Origin: Phycisphaerales bacterium
Lineage (GTDB): Bacteria > Planctomycetota > Phycisphaerae > Phycisphaerales > UBA1924
Length of the DNA: 64,000 bases
Assembly: GCA_965216865.1 (NCBI GenBank)
Contig: OZ244206.1
Coordinates: 967,745-1,031,744, forward strand
Direction: 5' to 3'
In this document: one piece after another, positions 25,297-33,678 of the stretch
How the letters are laid out: the number at the start of each line of letters is the position of its first letter
Position numbering within the stretch: the stretch's first letter is position 1
The notes under the pieces: model-generated
Seen by the model: only the letters and a program-made list of their open reading frames with translations
Database searches by the model: none
What the model was told of the DNA's origin: nothing
Position numbers and translations under genes: made by a program

Positions 25297-25767
25297 TCAC
25301 TTCTGATTGAGAAATGCGAGCAAGTCTGGATCGAAAGACAAAGAGTAGAACGCGACGATGAGCGCAGCCCAGAAAACAAACAACAAGAACGCAAAGAATG
25401 CGTCATGCGGATTGATTCGCTTTGTGCCTTTTCTCGGACGAGAGTAGTTCACTACATCTGGAAGAATCCGTATGGACATTCCTGTCACTAGGCCGACGAA
25501 AGACAGCGTCCGAAGCGAAAAATCGATTACGCCAAACTCGTCAAATGGATGCATATGAGTTGCGACCAAGAAAACGGTACCACAGATAACCCCTGCATTC
25601 ATAGACAATGCCGCTCGCTTTGAGAGGGAAACACCATATGGATCCGAGAATTTCATCGGCACATCAGTATACAGGTTTATTGGCAATGAGATGACGCACT
25701 CATCGGGGTTCAGTTTTTGGAAAGTATCCAAGAGCACTACTACGCCGAAGACGGCGAGTAGTGGCAC
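25297..25767 (-). CDS. small polytopic membrane protein, unknown function, in an AT-rich island
   Basis: The 156-aa ORF has about four hydrophobic helices. A spot count gives ~47% GC on a 60-nt line. The annotated start lies inside a repeat unit, so the true start is uncertain. Confidence 0.45.
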   Translation of the reverse strand: MPLLAVFGVVVLLDTFQKLNPDECVISLPINLYTDVPMKFSDPYGVSLSKRAALSMNAGVICGTVFLVATHMHPFDEFGVIDFSLRTLSFVGLVTGMSIRILPDVVNYSRPRKGTKRINPHDAFFAFLLFVFWAALIVAFYSLSFDPDLLAFLNQK

Positions 25768-25825
25768 CCAACTGAGAGTCTTCCGTTCCTGCTTTGTCCG
25801 CGTTGCGGATCAAAGCAGGGCACCC
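25735..25825. repeat. C-type unit (25735-25769) plus half B element (25783-25825)
   Basis: CACTACTACGCCGAAGACGGCGAGTAGTGGCACCC is followed by CCGTTCCTGCTTTGTCCGCGTTGCGGATCAAAGCAGGGCACCC, which is the right half of a B element. Confidence 0.8.
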
Positions 25826-25851
25826 GAAGTAGTTGGTATTCGAGGTGGAAC

Positions 25852-26127
25852 TTATGGCATGTTGAGATCGTCGACGAAGTGCGCATCGGGGATCGCGCGG
25901 TCGTAGTGCACGCCGAGGACTTCGCTGGTGATTGTTCGGACTCGGTGCATGATGCGATCGCTCGCATCGGGTCCGATCTTGATGTCTTGGTGCTGCTCTT
26001 CGATGAGGCGCACGCAGAGGGCGTGGAGTTCCCCCACGGTTGTCGTGATGTGCGCGTCGTGATCCGTGATCTTGATGTCGAACTCGTCCTCGCATTCCAT
26101 GACGAGTTCCACGCTCTCCATGCCCAT
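25852..26127 (-). CDS. acyl-carrier-protein-like protein with apparently circularly permuted helix order
   Basis: MGMESVELVMECEDEFDIKITDHDAHITTTVGEL matches ACP helices II-IV. The C-terminal RIMHRVRTITSEVLGVHYDRAIPDAHFVDDLNMP matches ACP helix I and its loop. The ATG lies 1 nt after the manA stop. Confidence 0.55.
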   Translation of the reverse strand: MGMESVELVMECEDEFDIKITDHDAHITTTVGELHALCVRLIEEQHQDIKIGPDASDRIMHRVRTITSEVLGVHYDRAIPDAHFVDDLNMP

Positions 26128-26128
26128 T

Positions 26129-27202
26129 TCACACCACCCGCGCGATGACGGCTTCGGTGCCGGGGCCTGCGCGGAGGGTGCACTCGTTGGCGATCGACGC
26201 GGGGATGAGCACGGTTTGGCCCGGTTCGAGCTGGTGCTCGGCGTCTTTGGTGGCAACGGAGGCGCCCATGGCTTTGAGGAGCATGACGACGATGGGTGTG
26301 TTGCGATCGTCATCCTTCGCGGCGAGGGGCACCGATTCGCAGCTGGCGCTGACGATGTCGATCGTGTAGAAATCGGTCGATGCGACGCGGTGGCGGGTGG
26401 AGCCGATGCGCGGGGGCATGGTGGAGAGGTTGGCCATGTCGTCGGCGAGGAAGGCTTCGGCGTGCTCGGCGACGGGTGGGTGATCGAAGCTCGCGCACTC
26501 GACGGCTTGGTCGATGTGCAGCTCGCGCCCGGCGCGGTTGTACTCCTTCGCCCAGTCGTAGACGCGGAAGGTGGTGTCGGACGGGGTCTGGATCTCTGCG
26601 ACGAGGACTCCTGCGCCCAGCGCGTGGACGGTGCCCGAGGGGAGGGTGTGGCAATGACCCGGGACGGCGTGCTCGGTGCGCATGATCTCGGGGACGGTGC
26701 CCGATTCGATGGCGTTCTTGAGATCGTCGGCGGTGATGCCGTCTTTGAAGCCCTTGTAGATGACGGGCGGGTTGCCGTCGGCGTCTGGCTGGGCGTCGAG
26801 GATGAACCAGGATTCGGTTTTGAGGTGCGCTTCGGGGTGGGCGGACGCGTATGCGGGTGAGGGATGGACCTGGATGCTCAGGTGTTCGCGTGCGTCGAGG
26901 TATTTGACGAGGAGGGGGAAGCCACCTTCGGGGGAGAGGGATGCATCGCCGAGCAGATCGGTGCCCCATTGGTTGATCGCGTCGCGGATGGATTTGCCGG
27001 CGAGGTCGCCGTTGGTGATTTTGGAATGAGCGCTGTCGCCGCCGCCGCCGGATGTTGAGGTGGATGCGAGGTCGGCGAGCTCCCACGATTCGCCGGTGGG
27101 TTCGTCGGCGGGGAGGTGCTTGCCGTACTCTGCGAGTCGTCGCCCGCCCCAGACCTTGGGCTTGAGGATTGGATCGAGGATGAGTGGGTATGCATTGCTC
27201 AT
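26129..27202 (-). CDS. manA: class I mannose-6-phosphate isomerase
   Basis: ILDPILKPKVWGGRRLAEYGK, LSIQVHPSPAYA and ESWFILD are present. Confidence 0.88.
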   Translation of the reverse strand: MSNAYPLILDPILKPKVWGGRRLAEYGKHLPADEPTGESWELADLASTSTSGGGGDSAHSKITNGDLAGKSIRDAINQWGTDLLGDASLSPEGGFPLLVKYLDAREHLSIQVHPSPAYASAHPEAHLKTESWFILDAQPDADGNPPVIYKGFKDGITADDLKNAIESGTVPEIMRTEHAVPGHCHTLPSGTVHALGAGVLVAEIQTPSDTTFRVYDWAKEYNRAGRELHIDQAVECASFDHPPVAEHAEAFLADDMANLSTMPPRIGSTRHRVASTDFYTIDIVSASCESVPLAAKDDDRNTPIVVMLLKAMGASVATKDAEHQLEPGQTVLIPASIANECTLRAGPGTEAVIARVV

Positions 27203-27228
27203 GGGTGATGGTATTCACCCAACGGCGT

Positions 27229-28404
27229 TTATACCGGGAGGAGCGTGTGCTCTTCGTCGTCGTGGCCGGGGTCGGACGCGGATTGGGCGTCTTCGATGGC
27301 GCGGCGGAGTCCTTTGGACCAATCTGCATCGCGCGTGTCGAGGATGGTGACGCGGCGTTTGCGTTGTTTGGTTTGTTTGGTGAGCCAGTGGCGTGCGACG
27401 AGGGAGAAGCGATCGAGCTGGGGCTGGGCGAAGCCCATCGGCGAGAGGTGGGATGTCAGCAGCGATGGCAGGGATTCGAGGAGGTCGTTGTCGAGCAATC
27501 CGATCGAGCAGACGGGGGTGCATCCGTCGGCGCTCAGGACCCAGCACATCGCGAATCCTTGACGGCGTGCGGGGGTGATGATGACGCATGAGAAGGCGGC
27601 GAGGGATGCGGCGCATCCGAGGGTATCGCGGGGGAGATCACGGACGGCATCGAGGCAGCGTTTGGCGCGTGCGGCGCGTTCGAAGTCGAGCTCGGCGCTC
27701 GCGGCGGTGATGTCTTCTTTGATCGCGGATTCCCAGGCGCTGAGTCCCCCACTTGCGGCATTGATCGCGAGCGCGAAGCGCTGGTGGTAGGCGTGCATGG
27801 GCTCGGAGCCGTCGCAGGCGGCGGGGCAGCGTCCCATTTCCTTGTAGGCGCAGGGGGTGCCATGGGGCGCGAGGGCGAGTTCGTTTGGGTAGCGGCAGAG
27901 CTCGAAGACATCGTCGAGGGATTCGCCGAGCTGCTGGGCGGATTTGTTGGTGAGGCAAGGGCCGACAACGCGTTCGTTCTTGCTCAGTTCGAGTGATGTG
28001 GTCTCGGTGGTGCGCCAGGTGCCGGTTTCGGGGTTCATGACGAGCAGGGCGCGTCGGTTCTGGTGGGTGATCTTGGTGTAGAGGTCCGGGTCTACGGCGC
28101 GGGCGCGTTCGAGGACGAAGAGGTCGGACTCGAAGGCGGAGCCGGTTGGGTGTGCGAGGATGCGGTGGGTGATCGGACGCAAATCGGCGCGGGCGGTTGG
28201 TTCGTTGGCTTCGTTGAGTCGCTGGGCGATGAAGTCGCGGAGGTGCCCGGTCGCGGCGAGGAGGAGTGTTGATCCGTTGTGTGATTGGAACTCGACGACG
28301 CCGCGGTGCGAGGGAAAAAAACAAGACACGCGTTCCGATTCGTTCGGGTGCGTGTCTTGTTGGTGTTCGCAGATGTGCGTGATGGTGTAGGCGTGGTCGA
28401 ACAC
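27229..28404 (-). CDS. UvrC N-terminal-half-like protein (degenerate GIY-YIG, Cys-rich motif, UVR-like helix)
   Basis: CAYKEMGRCPAACDGSEPMHAYHQRF resembles the UvrC CxYxxxxRCxxPC region, and ELDFERAARAKRCLDAV resembles a UVR motif. The start is placed at the GTG at 28404 to avoid overlap with fabZ and is uncertain. Confidence 0.5.
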   Translation of the reverse strand: MFDHAYTITHICEHQQDTHPNESERVSCFFPSHRGVVEFQSHNGSTLLLAATGHLRDFIAQRLNEANEPTARADLRPITHRILAHPTGSAFESDLFVLERARAVDPDLYTKITHQNRRALLVMNPETGTWRTTETTSLELSKNERVVGPCLTNKSAQQLGESLDDVFELCRYPNELALAPHGTPCAYKEMGRCPAACDGSEPMHAYHQRFALAINAASGGLSAWESAIKEDITAASAELDFERAARAKRCLDAVRDLPRDTLGCAASLAAFSCVIITPARRQGFAMCWVLSADGCTPVCSIGLLDNDLLESLPSLLTSHLSPMGFAQPQLDRFSLVARHWLTKQTKQRKRRVTILDTRDADWSKGLRRAIEDAQSASDPGHDDEEHTLLPV

Positions 28405-28414
28405 GGTTGTGTGT

Positions 28415-28939
28415 TTAGCGTTCGAACTCGCCGATGCGCATGCCTGAGATGCGTGCTTCGAAGCAGACCTGATCGTCGACGACCCCTTGGATATCGGAGA
28501 TGAATCGACGATCGGATGCTTTGACGACATCGCAGAGCAGGAACAGTTCTTCACCCACGGTCACGGAGCGTCTGAACGCGGCGTTATCGATCCGCAGGAA
28601 CGCTGCGAGCTGGGGTGATTCCTGACGCAGGTTGTAGAGATAGCACGAGAGCTGCGCGCCTGCCTCGACCATAAGGACGCCAGGCAGCATGGGCTGGCTG
28701 GGGAAATGGCCTCGGACCCAGAACTCATCGCCTTGCACCTTCATGGCTCCGATTCCGGAGAGACCGCCATCCTGTGCCCAGACGATGCGATCGAGCAGCG
28801 CCATCTCGTGGCGGTGCGGGATCATCTGAAACATTGCATCGCGGTCCGCGATGGTTGCGGACATGTCGATCCCCTCAATATCGAGGAGGAACTTGCGATC
28901 GGGTCGGGATTGGGTGGTCATGCTTGGCGATGAGGACAT
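28415..28939 (-). CDS. fabZ: FabZ-family 3-hydroxyacyl-ACP dehydratase
   Basis: The hotdog-fold motif GHFPSQPMLPGVLMVEAGAQL is present. Confidence 0.8.
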   Translation of the reverse strand: MSSSPSMTTQSRPDRKFLLDIEGIDMSATIADRDAMFQMIPHRHEMALLDRIVWAQDGGLSGIGAMKVQGDEFWVRGHFPSQPMLPGVLMVEAGAQLSCYLYNLRQESPQLAAFLRIDNAAFRRSVTVGEELFLLCDVVKASDRRFISDIQGVVDDQVCFEARISGMRIGEFER

Positions 28940-28996
28940 GGCGCAGTATCGCTTGAGAGTGGCTCAGGGGTGTATGAGCGATTGTAGAGGGGCGAA

Positions 28997-29167
28997 TCAG
29001 TCGGTGCGTGATTCGAGCATTTCCTTGCGGATGTCCTGCGCGACATTCTTGATGTCCTGCATGCTCTTGCGGACGCGGGTGCCTGCTGCCTTGTTGCCCC
29101 CCTTGGCCTTGTTGTAGTCTTCGCGGCAGGATTCAACGAGTTGCATCATCTTATCGAGCAGATCCAT
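28997..29167 (-). CDS. Hc1-type histone H1-like DNA-binding protein (56 aa, not in the ORF track)
   Basis: My translation is MDLLDKMMQLVESCREDYNKAKGGNKAAGTRVRKSMQDIKNVAQDIRKEMLESRTD. KAKGGNKAAGTRVRK parallels the chlamydial Hc1 segment KAEKGNKAAAQRVR. An AGGGAG Shine-Dalgarno sequence lies 7 nt upstream of the ATG. Confidence 0.7.
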   Translation of the reverse strand: MDLLDKMMQLVESCREDYNKAKGGNKAAGTRVRKSMQDIKNVAQDIRKEMLESRTD

Positions 29168-29266
29168 GTGGCACTCCCTTTGTCTCTCGTCCCGTACGCG
29201 AGTGTGCGATTCGGGCGATTGTTGTGTGTTGTCGCGACGATCCGTCGCCGCCTTGTTGGGGACATC

Positions 29267-30274
29267 TTACCCGAAAAACGCGGGCAAGAGTCGCTCAAGC
29301 GTGCTTAGGGCGGCTTTTAGATAGACAGGATCGTTTTCTGTTCGGAGAAAGGCCGGTGTTGAGGCGGCCATTAACACTCTACGCACATCCGCGAGAGCGA
29401 TATCTTCGTTATCGGACGGCAGCCCGATGGCCTTTCTCGTGTCCGCGAGGGTGGTCAATGGGTCGATCCCGCAGAGCTGTGATTCGCGCCCCCAGAAGAG
29501 GCGTTCCATGTACAACGCGTCCTCGATCCAGCATCCCGGGGCGACCATGGCCAGATCGATGAGGGTGCAATGGCCGGGGATATTGCGGTCGTGGCTCTTT
29601 CGCCTCATGGCGTTATGGGGGTGTAGATCGTGATGGCACCATGTGTCGATGGATCGCGATTCCCAAGCGTTGATGAGATGATCGAGGACGCGTTGGGTCT
29701 TGTGGAGCATCTCGACCCAGGCGGATTCCTCCTCGATCTCGTTCTCACGGACGGCGATAAGGCCTCGCTCAAGGAGTTCGTGCCAGTCTGGTGATGCTGG
29801 GGTGCGTTTGGGCTCGATGGGCTGTTCGAGGATGGCGGCGGCGTGGAACTCTGCGGCGGACTCGAACATGGACCACAGGGCGGTATCGGAGCGTTCCATC
29901 GCAATTGGTGGGTTGACGAATCGTTCCATCACGATCCACGCGAGGTCGTACCCGCCCAGTTCGAAGCCGGCCGCGAGGACGCGTGGTGTGGGGAGTGCGA
30001 GCGAAGTGGGTTCGTCCCACTCGTCCTGTCGGACAAGACCGAGGCGCTTGGTCCAGAAATATTCTCGGTATCCGACGGGAAACTTGACGACGCAGGGGAC
30101 TTCCTTGGCTTTCCCGTACGGGGTTTTGAGACGCCATGTTGCGAAGCCCGTCGAGGCGCCGCCGCGTTGCCAATCGCATTGGAACCACGATATTGGGCCC
30201 AGATGCCCTTGGCATTCGTGATGCAGGATGGGATCGAGGGTGCTGGCCAACGATTGGGAATCGTGCTCATGCAT
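29267..30274 (-). CDS. aminoglycoside/choline-kinase-like phosphotransferase family protein
   Basis: The catalytic loop CHHDLHPHNAM (HxDxxxxN) and TLIDLAMV are present. Confidence 0.7.
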   Translation of the reverse strand: MHEHDSQSLASTLDPILHHECQGHLGPISWFQCDWQRGGASTGFATWRLKTPYGKAKEVPCVVKFPVGYREYFWTKRLGLVRQDEWDEPTSLALPTPRVLAAGFELGGYDLAWIVMERFVNPPIAMERSDTALWSMFESAAEFHAAAILEQPIEPKRTPASPDWHELLERGLIAVRENEIEEESAWVEMLHKTQRVLDHLINAWESRSIDTWCHHDLHPHNAMRRKSHDRNIPGHCTLIDLAMVAPGCWIEDALYMERLFWGRESQLCGIDPLTTLADTRKAIGLPSDNEDIALADVRRVLMAASTPAFLRTENDPVYLKAALSTLERLLPAFFG

Positions 30275-30302
30275 CCTGAATCAAACCTCCGTGGGAGCTG
30301 GA

Positions 30303-31157
30303 CTATTGAGTATAGCAGGTTTCGTGTATTGCCCTGCACAGTGCCTGCACGCGTTCGGGGGAAAGTGCGTCGATCCGGTCTGTAGGCGCGATTCCTTCTG
30401 GCCAGTTGATTTGGGATGCACACAACTTGTTCACAACACCGGCGAGTTGTTTGCGTCGGGACTGGAACAGTTGCTGGGTGATCTCGGCGAACGAGACCCA
30501 CCAGTCTGGGTCGTTTGTGTGATCGGGATGGCGGACCCAACGCATCATGGCGCTGGCGACACCGGGCTGAGGCCAGAAGCATCCGGGCGGGAGCTTTGCG
30601 ATTGTGCCAACGGATCCGAGTTGCTGGGCGATGACAGAGATGGTCCCGTATTCCTTGGTGCCCGATTGAGCACCGAATCGTTGGACGACCTCGTGCTGGA
30701 TCGTGACAAACATCCCGGTGCAGTTGGGATGCTTGGTCATCAACGCGAGCATCAGAGGTGTCGCGGCGTGGTACGGGAGGTTCGCGACGAGCTTGAATGG
30801 CTCCGATCCGACCGCGTCTGCGATTTCGGGGTTGATGACACGCTTGCGTTGCAGGCAATCGCCCTCGATCAGGGTGAACCGGTCGGGGTATTGCTCGCCG
30901 AGTGTTTCGCGGAGAACCTGGGCGAGTGCGGCATCGAGCTCGCAGGCGATGAGTTTCACGCCGCGCTCGAGGAGTTCGATGCTCAGTGCGCCGGTGCCGG
31001 GCCCGATCTCCAGAATGCGGTCGTTCTCTGTCACGCCGGCGTCATCGACGAGCTTGCGGATCATGTTGTGATCCGTGAGAAAGTTCTGCCCCAGCGCTTT
31101 TTTGGGCGGGTGCCCCGCTCTTTCGAGGAGCTCGCGGATCTCTGAGAGGGTTTGCAT
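30303..31157 (-). CDS. rsmA: 16S rRNA (adenine1518/1519-N6)-dimethyltransferase
   Basis: KKALGQNFLTDHNMIRKLVD, ILEIGPGTGALS and VANLPYH are present. Confidence 0.93.
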   Translation of the reverse strand: MQTLSEIRELLERAGHPPKKALGQNFLTDHNMIRKLVDDAGVTENDRILEIGPGTGALSIELLERGVKLIACELDAALAQVLRETLGEQYPDRFTLIEGDCLQRKRVINPEIADAVGSEPFKLVANLPYHAATPLMLALMTKHPNCTGMFVTIQHEVVQRFGAQSGTKEYGTISVIAQQLGSVGTIAKLPPGCFWPQPGVASAMMRWVRHPDHTNDPDWWVSFAEITQQLFQSRRKQLAGVVNKLCASQINWPEGIAPTDRIDALSPERVQALCRAIHETCYTQ

Positions 31158-31159
31158 GC

Positions 31160-32062
31160 TCAGCGTTCCAGGGTGTGGAGTGATTCGGAGAGGATGGCGT
31201 CGATGGCGATGGCGACGCCGTCTTCCGAGTTCTTCGCGGTGTTGTATTTCGCGTGGGCGCGGACTTCATCGACGGCGTTGCCCATCGCGATCCCGACCCC
31301 GGCGCGTTCCATCATGGGGACATCGTTCACCTGGTCCCCGATCGCGCCCACACGCTTGGGATCGATGTCGTGCTGTTCGAGGTACCAGGAGATCGCGGCC
31401 CATTTGTTGATCCGATGGGCGAAGAGCTCGAGGATGTGCACGATCTCGCCCGAGTGCGCGTCTGGCATCACGCACGGGAAGTCGTAAAGCCAGACCTCGT
31501 CGGCGAGGAGGTCAAGGATTCTTTGGGAGATCGGGTTTGAGATTGAGCTTTCGGCGCACATGCCCACACGCACACTGTGCTGGGGGTGTTCGTCTCGGTG
31601 CGCGTGCGGCGCGTAGTTGACGCGCAGCTTGTGATCGTCGAACCACCACCGGGTGATGGGGTGGATCGGGTGCTCGTCGTCGGAGTTGAGAACGAGGTAG
31701 TCGTAGCCGATGTCGCTCGGGTCTTTCATGACCAGCGCGGGGCACTCGACCTCATGGAAGAGATCTGTTGCGGCCTTGACCACCTTGTCTGAGAGCGTGA
31801 ACCGATGCAGGGTTTTGCCAGTTGTTGGGTCGGCGATGATGGAGCCGCCGGCAACCATGACGGGGTCACGCTGATCGATGGCCTGCAGTGCGTGTGTGGA
31901 TTCACCGAACCCGCGACCGGTGCAGATGAGCACGGTGATCCCGGCGTCGCGGGCACGCTGGACGGCCTCGATGTTCTTCTGGGAAACCTTATGGGCGGGA
32001 TCCAAGAGGGTGCCATCGAGATCGATCGCGAGGACATCAATCATCGGCTTGGTCGTGAGCAT
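31160..32062 (-). CDS. Cof-type HAD-IIB phosphatase
   Basis: IDLDGTLLD, CTGRG and GDQVNDVPMMERAGVGIAMGNA are present. Confidence 0.85.
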   Translation of the reverse strand: MLTTKPMIDVLAIDLDGTLLDPAHKVSQKNIEAVQRARDAGITVLICTGRGFGESTHALQAIDQRDPVMVAGGSIIADPTTGKTLHRFTLSDKVVKAATDLFHEVECPALVMKDPSDIGYDYLVLNSDDEHPIHPITRWWFDDHKLRVNYAPHAHRDEHPQHSVRVGMCAESSISNPISQRILDLLADEVWLYDFPCVMPDAHSGEIVHILELFAHRINKWAAISWYLEQHDIDPKRVGAIGDQVNDVPMMERAGVGIAMGNAVDEVRAHAKYNTAKNSEDGVAIAIDAILSESLHTLER

Positions 32063-32089
32063 GATTGGAGGATAGCGCGGGGAGTTGGA

Positions 32090-33628
32090 TCAGCGGTCGA
32101 GGTGGCAGACGCTTTCTGCGCCGGGCCCGAGGGTGATCGCGTTCTTGCCCTGCCGCTTGGATTCCATCGCGCACCGATCCGCTGCATCGAGGAGGGAGGC
32201 GGCGTCGTGCCCGTCCCAGGGGAAGCTCGCGAGCCCGCCCGAGATGGTGAGGGTGCCCAGCGCCTCGGTACCGAGCTTGGGGAATCGATGGTTGCAGATC
32301 TGATGCTGGAAGCGGCAGGCGATCTGATAGATTGATTCGAGTGGCTTTGATCCCGCTTCGCGAGGTCCTGTTGGTTCGTAGAAGATAACGGCGAACTCAT
32401 CGCCACCCACACGGCAGACGCGATCAGATGGGCGGATGACGGACTTGAGGAGACTGACGGTCTCGGAAAGGATCGCATCGCCAGCGCTGTGCCCGTATGT
32501 GTCGTTGTAATGCTTGAACGAATCGATATCGAACACCATAACCGTGACGGTCTGGCGGGTGCTGCGTGCCTGCTTGATCGCGGCTTCGAGGTAGCGCTCG
32601 CAGTAACGCCTGTTCCAGGCACCCGTGAGCGAATCTGTGAATGCACACTTGCGGAGTTGTGATTGCTGGATTTCGAGACGGACCCAGGCGGAAAGCCAGG
32701 AGGCGTGGGTCATGAGCAGCGCACGCCCGTTGGTATTCAGCCAGCGTTCATCTTCGCAGCAGAGCACCCCCACATTCTGATCACCGACGACAATGGGGAC
32801 ACCCAGCATCGCACCGGGATCATCGGGCTTGGCGAGGGTGATATCCGATCGTCCGAGTCGGGCATTGATCTGGACCAATGCCGCGTCGAGAATCGGTTTC
32901 CCCTTGAGCATGGCGAGGACGAGGGGCTCGTCGTCATGCACGACCGGTGCGTGGTGCAGGTGCGTGGATGCGGTCTGAGGCGTGTTCTTTGGATCAAGCC
33001 CCATGACGACCTGCTTGTGGATGTCGTCTTCATCTTCGAAGGGGCGCTGCGCACGGTGCTCGAAGGAGTCGTTCTGAACGACAACCGTGACTTCCGGTTT
33101 CGGTTCAGCGGCTGGTTCTGTGTCCGTAGCGGATTCCGATTCTTCATCGCGGCCAGAATCGGGTTCTGTGATCTGATCGATCGGATCGGAGAGGTCATCG
33201 GGGTTGATGTAGCGGAGCGTGACGGGCGCAGAGCGGTCTGCCCGCTCGATCGCATCGTGGATGGACGCGACGAGTTCGTCGAGTGGCTGGGATCTGCGGA
33301 GACTCCCATCGAACGCGTCGTCTGAATCGTTGACGATCATGGTACACACGCCTGGATCAACAAGACGCAGTGCGTTCACGAAGCGCTTGCGCTGGGTGGG
33401 TTCGTCTTCAAGCGTGTCCGCGTTCACGATGACGATGGCCTGCGCGGGGGATTCGTGGTCGATGGGATCGCCGAGCTCGCCGATCGCTTCGATCGTTTCG
33501 CGCGTGCGGATGAGCTCGATGTTCGCATCGCGTCGGAGGACCTGATCGAGGCCCGTTCGGCCGACAAGGATCACTCGCCACGGGTTGTGGGCGCTTTTCG
33601 CAGGACGAGATGTTGAGCTTGTGGTCAT
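32090..33628 (-). CDS. diguanylate cyclase (receiver-like N-terminus, GAF-like domain, GGDEF domain)
   Basis: DIDSFKHYNDTYGHSAGD and RVGGDEFAVIF are present, with a GAF-like LGVPIVVGDQNVGVLCC. Confidence 0.85.
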   Translation of the reverse strand: MTTSSTSRPAKSAHNPWRVILVGRTGLDQVLRRDANIELIRTRETIEAIGELGDPIDHESPAQAIVIVNADTLEDEPTQRKRFVNALRLVDPGVCTMIVNDSDDAFDGSLRRSQPLDELVASIHDAIERADRSAPVTLRYINPDDLSDPIDQITEPDSGRDEESESATDTEPAAEPKPEVTVVVQNDSFEHRAQRPFEDEDDIHKQVVMGLDPKNTPQTASTHLHHAPVVHDDEPLVLAMLKGKPILDAALVQINARLGRSDITLAKPDDPGAMLGVPIVVGDQNVGVLCCEDERWLNTNGRALLMTHASWLSAWVRLEIQQSQLRKCAFTDSLTGAWNRRYCERYLEAAIKQARSTRQTVTVMVFDIDSFKHYNDTYGHSAGDAILSETVSLLKSVIRPSDRVCRVGGDEFAVIFYEPTGPREAGSKPLESIYQIACRFQHQICNHRFPKLGTEALGTLTISGGLASFPWDGHDAASLLDAADRCAMESKRQGKNAITLGPGAESVCHLDR

Positions 33629-33678
33629 GTCTTCAATTGGGGTGTCTGTCTATACAGATTGATTCGGTTCGTCGTGGG

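Noticed and set aside
25852-26313. The 153-aa version of the ACP-like ORF.
   Set aside because: The first 62 codons overlap the manA 3' end in another frame and are Pro/Ser-rich. An ATG sits 1 nt after the manA stop, so the short form was adopted.
27229-28554. The ATG start at 28554 for the UvrC-like ORF.
   Set aside because: It would overlap the last ~46 codons of the fabZ-like gene. A GTG at 28404, just downstream of the fabZ stop, is more plausible, although it remains unverified.
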